The position numbers and the translations under genes are program-made. Positions 54,701 through 64,000 of a DNA stretch of 64,000 nt are shown in pieces. Numbering within the stretch: position 1 is the first letter of the stretch; each line of letters starts with the position of its first letter. Source of the DNA: Vermamoeba vermiformis (taxonomy: Eukaryota); assembly GCA_045837725.1 (NCBI GenBank), contig JBEWZL010000202.1, positions 496,001-560,000 of the forward strand, written 5' to 3'. The notes beneath the pieces are model-generated. The model did no database searches and was not told the DNA's origin. It saw only the letters and a list, made by a program, of their open reading frames with translations.

Positions 54701-55516
54701 ACAAAGTGACCAAGCGCAGTGGTGAGAATATTGACGTGCAAAGTCCAAGTCAATACCCAGATCCAGGTGAGATCACTGAGACATTAGAGCCCATTGTCAA
54801 TGCCACCCTCGTGACACCTAAAGAATACATGGGTGAAATCTTCAAGCTTTGTCAAGACCGTCGTGGTGTACAAAAGAATGTCGAGTTTGTTGACGAAGAC
54901 CGAGTGAAATTGACGTACGTGATGCCCCTCAACGAAATCATCAGCGATTTCTACGACAAATTGAAGAAATTGAGCTCTGGATACGCGTCGTTTGATTACG
55001 AAGACAGCGGCTATCAACAGAGCGATATGGTCAAAGTCACGATCATGCTCAACGGCAAGGCGGTAGATCCGCTCTCAATCATCACGCACAGATCTAAAGC
55101 CAACGAACAAGGCAAGATACTCACTGAGAAATTGAAGTCGTTGATAAGCCGACAAATGTTCGAGATTGCTATTCAAGCTGCCATTGGTAACAAAGTTATT
55201 GCGCGGGAAACGTAAGTGAGCGGATTGGGACATAAACTGGTACCGGCAATGTCCTGTCCTAATTTATATCTTTCCTCCATTGTTTAGAGTGGAAATTCAT
55301 TAGTGTAGTGGCCTTCGTAATCATATCTAATGTCATTTTTTACGCAGCGTGAAAGCGTTCCGCAAGGATGTGACTGCGAAATGTTACGGAGGAGACGTAA
55401 CGCGCAAACAAAAGCTGCTGGAGAAACAAAAGGAAGGCAAGAAGAAAATGAAGCGCATTGGCAACGTCGAGCTGCCTAATGAAGCGTTTTTGAGCGTTTT
55501 TAAATTGGGAAAATAA
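51773..55516 (+). CDS. GUF1: Mitochondrial translation factor GUF1/EF4 (LepA), multi-exon
   Basis: [90 protein letters not shown]. Start codon is tentative. Confidence 0.96.
52340..53158 (+). ncRNA. Large structured intronic RNA with RNase P/MRP-like core topology
   Basis: P1-like GTGGAATCG/CGATTTCAC, P2-like CCTTAAAG/TTTTAAGG, P4-like pseudoknot GGTCTGA/TCAGACT. Several long G-U-containing hairpins, two with GNRA loops. Lies inside the 889-nt GUF1 intron 52308-53196. Confidence 0.6.
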
Positions 55517-55766
55517 TTAAATTGCGTCATCTTATCAATCTAACTTTGACAACATCAGCTACGAGATTGAATGGATTTTGATTCGTTTCAAATTTGCAAG
55601 ATGCAATTAAAGGCCTTGAGACAAAGTCAAAGTTTACAATGCACACAATATACAGGGTACTAAAATACAAGAAGCCGGCCACATCCAACCAAAAAGTAAT
55701 CATATTACAAAGGATAGTAGCCGACCAGATAACAATAAATAGGGTTAAAGCTGGAATCGCCAAAGC

Positions 55767-57508
55767 TTAGAAAAGACGAGGCACGTTAAAAGTTGCAACA
55801 GATTCGTACTTTGAGATCGCGAACTTTTCGACCACTGCTCTTTGTGGCCTTGCGTGTGCAGTCATCAGAGTAACGTAAACCTCTTCCAAATGTCCACGCA
55901 TTTCATTAATTCGGCAATCGGTGAGTCTTTCCAATTTTGGCAACTGACATATTCAACCGATTAGTTCCCAGCCCAAAATAAAAATTATCGGGACCAAAAA
56001 AATCTTCGTGTTTTTTGAATTTAAATCTCGTGCTTGAAATCTGGAATAGGCGTGATTCAACTTACGTGTTCCGCAACACCACCGTCTTGCAAGGCATGAA
56101 CACCAACAGCAATAACCATCAAGGCTAGTTCTGAGGGCAAATAGCGATTGTATTTGTAGTCAACAAAAGTCAACTCGAGTACATACTAGACAATAAAACA
56201 CGTGTTAATCTCGATGTTGCATGAAAATAGCGTTAATGAATGGACCACTTACGCGTGCAAAGTTATGAAGAGTGGAGTGATTCGGGGCAATGTAGTGCAG
56301 GTACTTGCGCAGGAAGTGGAACGGTGTGGCGACAGTCAATTTGAACTCTAAGGCAATGAGGATATCACGTTCGCAGCTAATAATCTGTAAAGAAGAGGAT
56401 CAGCCAATAAGTCCGGTTCTGAGATGTGATCGGAATTTAGCTCGGAGAATATCTTACCATCTCACGTTTGTAGGTGTTGTCTGTAATGAAGACAAAATCG
56501 TCTAGCGTCGGCGGATAAATTTCTTCGTATTTACTATGTACAAACAGAGTTAATAATTTGAAAACTTTGTGCGCGCCAAAAACAAGACTTAATTTTTTGA
56601 AATATCTGAAGCAATATCTCTGTTACTTACGCAGCTATGAACATGCAAGTGATGCCTACTAATTGTAGAGACTGTCGTGCAACATGGCGGAGGGTCAAGT
56701 ATCGATCCAGGTAGTCAATGGCCAAAAAAAGTGTTTGAGGACGTAATCCATATTCCTCAGCAACTTCCACCAGCCAATCCACTAAAATAGCCCGCATATT
56801 GTGTGTGACTTCCTTTTGTGTGGCTTCAAACGTAGCGCGCTCTTGCTTTTCCATACTGAATTGCGCCTAAAGATAGTAACATTTTAGATCGATCTACATA
56901 AAAAAATAGCCCAAAAAAAATGAATCGGCTTCGAAACTGCGTCGGTTCGTGTATAGTAACGCCCAATCTAACGTATTGAGGTTGAATTAATTGAATATTA
57001 CCTCATTCTCTTTCAGTGAAGTAAAAGTTTCTTTCAGAAACTCTTCTTTAACCTCCAATTCACTGTTCTCACCGTGTTGTTGTTCATTAATATCAGTATC
57101 ATTATCTAAGTCCATTTTCTCAGCCGAGCCTAAAGAGTTAAGGAATTATTTAACGTGGGAAGTAATTTTAAATAATTTGAATGGATTAAGTTATCCAGGA
57201 GCATTGCGTTACCTGAGCTTAAATCCATGGCCTTAGGGGAATTGCATACTTCAAATGATGGTGAGTCATTGTTCGTTTTAGGGCGTTTGGCTGCTGGTTG
57301 ATCAGGATTTTGATCACTGGTGTCATTGGGTCTTTTCTGCACAACCTGAAAAGATTTCGCCTTGTTAATTATTGATACAATAATATCTTATTATTATAAA
57401 CTGATTTACCCTTGGATTTGGTTGTGTACGATTGGCGGCAACATTGGCGGGGATCTGTTTCAGAGCGTTGTTTTTCGCGGTTCTAGGCAAGTGTGCACGT
57501 GAGGCCAT
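55767..57508 (-). CDS. Cyclin A-like (multi-exon)
   Basis: Cyclin box MRAILVDWLVEVAEEY..TLFLAIDYLDRYL..LQLVGITCMFIAA|KYEEIYPP. Confidence 0.92.
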
Positions 57509-57831
57509 ATTGAATTAGAATACAAATAAATAAATAAACTCTATAAATATAAATATACAAAGATACAGAAGAACAAATAACACTACGAAATCAATTAAGG
57601 TGAAATTAATTAAGCAGTGTCGTTTGTCTTGCGAAAAACAAAAGAGATAATGCACCAGATAGCTATTTATCCTATTTTTTTTTTTTTTTTGTTCCAACTC
57701 CAAAAGTACCACGTGACTACGTGATTTTTTTTCGATCTGGGGATAAGTTTGGGCGCCCAAAGAAAAAAAAAAAAATATTCGTATCTCAATTAACTATTAA
57801 CAGAAGATCTTTATACAATAGCTTTATAGCT

Positions 57832-58367
57832 TTAGTGTTTTTTCTTTTTCTGATCTCGTCCACGTACAACTTTCTTTTTCTGTACGCCTCCACCCTTCAC
57901 TTTGGATAGATCGATTTTGCCTACAGGTTCGACTTCCATTTCTGTAACTACTGCTACTTTGGCTGGCGATTCTTTCATTTTCTCGTCTTTCAACGGCACA
58001 AGCGGTTTCATACCGTGTGTTTCGGTTTCTATTTTTCGATCAAAAAATTAATTGTTGCTTAGATCAAAACAAAAATTATTCTCGTCTTCAATATAATTTA
58101 TGACTATAATTTTCACAGCTAGCAAATATATTTTAAAAATTTTCACTAACTACCGCCTGAAGTATTTATTGAGATTTGATCGAGATCGCGTGGGTGAATC
58201 AAAATAATAATTTGTCATTACATACCCATCTGAATAATATTAGAAGCTAATTCTTCCTCCATCTTCTTAGCCAAACGCTCGTTACGAAGCGTGTCGTGAA
58301 CGTCCATCTTCTTGCGTTTTTCAGCACGCTTTCTCTTTTCGCTCTTTGCTCTTAATCCCTTCGCCAT
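57832..58367 (-). CDS. LLPH/YBL028C-like small basic nucleolar protein
   Basis: N-terminus MAKGLRAKSEKRKRAEKRKK and a Lys-rich C-terminus; 2 exons. Confidence 0.7.
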
Positions 58368-58536
58368 TTTAATTATATGTGGTTGTGATCGTACTTGGTA
58401 ATCGTAGAACTACTAAATTCTAAACCAACAAATTTTATCGATCGCGATCAACCGAAAAAGAACAATGACTCAAACACTACAGCTAACAAAAACAACCTAA
58501 AATTTATTCGCCTAATGAGCGCTACGAGAAAAGCGT

Positions 58537-61072
58537 TTACTTTCTTCTTCGCTTCTTGTTGACGTTCAAGACGGGCTTGTTCTTGCTGCCAGGAGGTGGT
58601 GCTTGATTCTTGCCCGCGGCGTCTTTAGGCTGTGCCAATTTCTCTTGAGCTGCGGCTTGCTTGCGCTCTTCTTCTTTGCTATAATACGAAATTAGGATGC
58701 GTTACGGGGTGGAGAACAAGATCCGATCCTGGCTACTTACACAAGATGAGCTGCACCTTGGGCAGGACCCTTTTGAGGACCTTTCTTGCCGCGTTTGCCT
58801 CCCTTTGTTCGTTGCCAGCGAGGTAACCATCGCTCGGGATCTGCACGAAGAGGTTAGAGAAGGATAACGCAAAAAAAGGAAATAAAGAAGGATCGTACTT
58901 GGCGGGATGCGCGGATCGAAGTGCTTGGGTTTTTTGTTGTGTCTCTTTCTCTTTTTCTTAGTCTTAGCGATTTGATTTTCTTGTGCCCTATGGAAGGCAT
59001 AAGTAAGCAGAACTTTCATCAAAACTAAATCTAGATGTAACGTGCCTGTAACGACGGGTGGAAACAACGGGAATAGTTTCCAATCGCTCTACATCAATGT
59101 CGTGGTGTTCTTCAGCCAATTGTGGCAATTTAGTCTCGAGTCTAGAGTGTGTGTCAGTACTGTAGTGGCAGAAAGTGTCGCGTGTGCAACTTACTTTTCA
59201 GCCGCATCTGGGTTGTAGTGAGCGGTGGCAATGACAGCCAAGGGCAGAGCTTCTTTGTCGTTCTTGTTGACCTCCAATATCTTGTTGTACCACTCAGCAG
59301 CGTCGCGGTACTTCTTGTATTTCATCTTGAAGTCAGCATTGCGCTTGACCAATTGACGGTAGTTCTCATCACTCTTCGACAATTTGCTCACGCTCTCGTC
59401 GAGGAACTTGAGTGCGTTTTCAACGTCGCCTGTGCGCTCGTAGAGTGCGGCGAGTTTGTTCAACAGGGCAGGAGAGCTGTTGATCTGATCGACGTTGGAT
59501 TGCAGCAAGTTGTTCAGCTCGGTCATGTTGCGTTGTTGCAAGTAGATCTGCGCCAAACTCAACTTGACTTCGATGCTGCCCTTTGGGTTCTGTTTGATGT
59601 ACTCCTTCAACACATTGGCGGCTTGGTTGTAGTTCTTTTCAGCGTGGTAAATGGCGGCGTTGACAATCGGCAGGAACTCTGATTGCGGGAATTCTTTTTG
59701 AAGCTCGTTGGCGAGTTGACGACTTTCCTCCATCTGCAGGGTGAAGTTAGCACGAGGGTTTAACTATAGGAAAGAGCTTACTTTTCCGAGGAGAATGAGC
59801 AGAATTGAGCGGTTGAAGCCGATGCTCTTGCGCTGCTTAGTTGACAACTTTTCAATGACGGAGGGATTGCTTGCAACTTGCTTCAATTTGTTGTACGAGT
59901 TGACCTTGTCTCCCTTTCTAATAACAGCCAAGTTGTTCATGCACACGGCTTGCACGGACAAGTCAGAGGGCCTGTTGATTGCAATGCATTTGTGAGTCGC
60001 ATTTGCATCACACGAAAAGTTACGTACTTTGTTTTCAACACTTTTTCGTAGATTTCGGCTGTTTCCTTGCCGCGGCGCTGTTGAGTGTAAGCTTGTTGCG
60101 TGAGAATAATGTTCAGTTCGTCTTGGATCTCCTCTTCACTGGCACCATCCTTCTTCAACGTGTCCTCGCAGAGGGCTAGCTCATGATTAGTTATCATATT
60201 TATACTGTTATAGCTAACGTACTTTGAGCAGCCTGTAGGTATTGATCACCCGTGTCCAAGTCACCCATTTCAATGTAGCAGCACGCTCCGTTGTACGTCA
60301 GTTCGAACGACTTGCGCAGGGTTTGCTGTGTCGCACGTTAGCTTCAAAATATCAAATAAGACTTGGCATTACCTTGTACTTGGCAAGCACGTCTAAGCAA
60401 CGCTTGCTGCGACCAGCAGCAGTCAAAGCAGCGGTCAAGTTGGTCAAAAGTTCAGCAGATCCAGCTGAGGTAAGGTTAGCTCTCAATAGATTCATTACAC
60501 GTGAAAAACGTACTCTTTGACTCAGTGAGCATTGCTTCGTAAATCTCAACAGATCGATCGTATTGCTCTAAACGGAACATCTTCAAAAAAGGTTAGTAAA
60601 TCCGATCTGGTGCCTGTGTGACTGGAAAACTTTCTAAAATTATAATTATCATAACTTACAATTTGTGCTTCGAGTTCCTGTGTTTTTTTGCTTTTAGGTG
60701 CATTTTTGAGCGCATCCAAAGCTTCTTTGTATTTGCGCAAACGATACAGGGCATAAGCCTTTTCGAAAGTTAATTCCTTTGCGATGGATGATTTATCAAT
60801 GGCTGTGACGGCTTCATCAAATTTGTCTTGTTGGATAAGTGCTATTATTTTGCAGCGGATTGCATCGACTTCTTTTGGATCATGGCCAAGAACTGTTCGT
60901 AATAATAAATAAATATTATCCAAAATAAATAAATAATAATTATCATATTATAAATGTTTTCAAAGCTGCAAGGCTTACTTTTATTGCAAATCTCTACGAC
61001 AGTCGTAAAATTGCCTTCTTTAATAGCGTCATCAACTTGACGATATAATTCATATAGTTTAACTTCACTCAT
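58537..61072 (-). CDS. SRP72: Signal recognition particle subunit SRP72 (multi-exon)
   Basis: TPR-like N-terminus (CKIIALIQQDKF...FEKAYALYRL) and C-terminal KKKRKRHNKKPKHFDP...PDPERWLP RNA-binding motif. Confidence 0.95.
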
Positions 61073-61220
61073 GGTATTGAATTATAATAGGGTCCTTGTT
61101 TTGTCACACTCATCGTCAGCCAAATTGATTTATTGACCAACATTGACCGAGCGGAATTTCCTCGAACCCGTGCCGCCAAATTCGGCTTACCGTTTTGAAC
61201 GATGCACCACTGCAGATCAG

Positions 61221-63244
61221 ATGGAAGATAGCGAAGGAAATTATTTAGCTGACTTGGGAGACCACCTGAGGTGCCACATCTGGTAATTGTTCACTTGACC
61301 TCCTGTTGGCGAGTATTATTCTAAATATTTTTTTTCAGCTTATCCACGCTCGTGGATCCACATTCATTACCTTGTAACCACTTGTTTTGCAAGTAAGAAA
61401 ATGCATAAGTAATTTTATTAATTTCTAAAAAATGTCGGATCTCACCCGCTCTGCACAAAAGGCTAATAATAATGTCGAATTATATTAAATATCTATTTTA
61501 GAGAATGTATTTCGCGTAGTATAACGCAGAAGGCTCAATGTCCAGTATGTCGCATTCCATGCTACAAGCGCGACATTAAGAAAAATCATCAGCTGAGCGC
61601 TATTGTATCATCGTTCGATAAATTAGTCGCTTTGCAAAAGAAGCGAAAGCGCGAGCCAGAAGATGATGATGGTAGCGAAGAACCATTTTTTAAGAAACCA
61701 AAGCGCAGCCCGAGTGTACGTCTCTAATAATAGCAGCATGCGGGAACAGATTATAATTTGCGAAATATAGGCGAAGGAGACGAAGAAAAAGACCGAAGTT
61801 AATGGTGACAGTCCTAATCACCCGCCGTCGAGCAGCGAAATGCAGTCCTTGTTGAAGCAATTAAAGGCGCACGACGAGCATTTAGACGAAATAGATAAGT
61901 TGCTGGCACAGACAGGTACGCCACATTAAGAAATTCATTGGTTTGTCTAATGACGGAAAAATATTAACGGCTGTAGTCACTCCATTGGATGGTTCACCGG
62001 TCAAGTCGCTGCCAAACAGCCGCAAGAATTCAGACCTCAATTCACAAGAGTCGATCAACGGCTCGGAGCGAAAGAGAGTGTCGCAGCTCAGTTTTGACGG
62101 GCAACAAGAATCAGAACAGTTTGGGAATGACAGTCTACCACAAGACTCCAATCGTAGCGCGATTGATACACCTGTCAGGAAGTCACCACGACGACCGGGT
62201 GGCAATAAAAAGACACCACCAAAGACTAAAAAGAAGGAGTCGTCCTCGGTTGTTGAATCAGATGAAGAAAAAGAGAATAACGAGGCATCGAGTAACAAGG
62301 CTAAAATCAGTACCAGAGCAGTGTCAGCCAAGTCATCTTCGAGCAAATTTGTGTTGTTGCCGACGAGTCTCAATGACGAGGCATTGGTAAGTCCATTAAT
62401 GTAAGGTAGACGTGCTCGTTAACCATAGTTGACAGATGGAGTTGAAAGAAGTGGCCAAGCAACTCGGAGGCTCAGTGGTGAAGCATTTCAACGCCAAAGT
62501 GACGCACATTGTCACTGACTATGTAGCACTGCCTGCAGCGAGTATCAAGCGGTCACCGAGCGGATTATCAAACAGCACCAACAACAGTCTGATGCCGCAG
62601 CAGAATGTCGACAAGAACAAAGTTTTGAAAGCCGCAAAAAGAACTGTCAAGTTTTTAATGGGCATTTTGCAAGGGAAGTGGATGGTCACGATGGATTGTA
62701 AGTGTCATTGTCGCTAGCTTTAGCTTTGTGTCTTTAGTTAACCTCGGAAATCAAGGGATAAAGCAGTGCAGAAAAGAAGGACAGTGGGTCGCCGAAGACT
62801 CGTTTGAAATTGAATGCGATACACTCGGCAATGTCGGAGGACCGCAACGAGGGCGTATAAGCATTGGTCAAAAGGTAAATATAATCCAAATATATCAAGT
62901 CAAGTAATGTTCCTCCGCTCATTATGTGTTTGTCGCAGACTTCACCGCTGTTCAATAACTACACAGCGACACTTTTGGGAGATTTCCGTGGTCCTACTAA
63001 ACCCGAATTTCGACAAGTGTTGGAGTCAGGTGGTGCGGAGGTTGTGAATAGAATAACCAAAAATGACACAGATCGTGAAGGATTTATTACACTTGCAATA
63101 CTAGACGCGCAGCTATCGAGCGACAAAGTTGAAAAGCTAACGAAGACATTGGGGGAGGATGTTGAGGTGATTAAATCTTCGTGGGTCTTGGATTCGATCA
63201 GTTGCTACGAAATTTTGCCGTTTGCAAATTATCGATTTGCATAG
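61221..63244 (+). CDS. BRCA1/BARD1-like RING plus tandem BRCT protein
   Basis: C3HC4 RING (CHIC...PCNHLFC..C...CPVC). BRCT repeats (VTHIV...RTVKFLMGILQGKWMV; SSWVLDSISCY). Confidence 0.85.
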
Positions 63245-63418
63245 TAGTTACCAAACTTAGTAAAATAAAGATGTAAATAGTGGAAAAATAATGAAATGTA
63301 ATTTTCAACCAACCGCAGGATCGCTAAATTTTGGAATTTCTTAACGGGTCGTGTCAAAAATCGGACAAACGACTTTTTCGTTGGCAAATTTGACTGACGA
63401 AACAACCACTCAGCAACA

Positions 63419-64000
63419 ATGGAAGCACCACAGATCGACGTGTCTGTGGGGTCCTTCGCCCTTCTCTCCGACGAAATAGTTTTGCACATCCTTCAAGTAT
63501 GCTTTGCTAAGAACAAATAATTTCCTGGTGCATTATAACTAATATATAAATAAATATTGTTTTAATAGTTTTTGAAGCCTGGACCAAGTATTGGAGCAAT
63601 ATTTCAAACTGCAAAACGATTTGGTGCATTTTATGCAAGTCAGCATTTTTGGTAAGTATTATTTATGATATCCAACGGCTTTTGTAATATTATTTTGCAA
63701 CCAGCTATTTTTTTGGTTGCGTTGTAAAAATATAGACTGGATCTTGACAGATCTTTAAAGTTGCAACGCGCTTCCAAGCTATCGAAATTAGAATCACACA
63801 AAATCCTTTATTTGCTCTATTTTCCAGAAGATTTAAATTCAGATTTATCCTCATTTTGAGAAAACGTTAATTAATTGTAGATCCCGTGTAAAATTACTGA
63901 TTTTTTAATTATTCTATCAGGAGAGATTTGCACACGAGATTTTACGGTTCACCAAAACCGCCCACAAGATCATGGCGAGATTTTGCTATTGAATCTTATT
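63419..64000 (+). CDS. F-box protein, 5' part (runs off the window end)
   Basis: MEAPQIDV...FALLSDEIVLHILQ|FL...; GT-AG introns. Confidence 0.6.

Overview
Gene-dense, intron-rich eukaryotic nuclear DNA in the standard genetic code, with mostly ~40-70-nt GT-AG introns. A vacuolin-like gene, a cAMP-receptor-like GPCR and a dispersed 5S gene suggest a free-living amoebozoan (inference). About 28 protein genes are recognisable, including an asteroid/PIN nuclease, KRI1, RCC1-BTB, APC11, an SSXT-Myb fusion, TAF1B/Rrn7, NDUFB3, RPS25, BLOC1S2, ERCC6L2, FTHFS, GUF1, cyclin A, SRP72 and a BARD1/BRCA1-like gene. The most interesting signal is in the few long introns, which carry RNA genes or nested RNA structure. 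(1) An ~820-nt highly structured RNA in a GUF1 intron has RNase P-like P1/P2/P3/P4 topology but an altered catalytic-core motif. (2) A lone intronic 5S rRNA gene is preceded by a degenerate antisense copy of itself. (3) An intronic tRNA-Ala has been duplicated in inverted orientation. (4) There is a pre-miRNA-like hairpin. A hAT-type MITE with an 8-bp TSD sits in the FTHFS promoter. Exon structures and base pairs were deduced by eye; no searches or folding programs were run.
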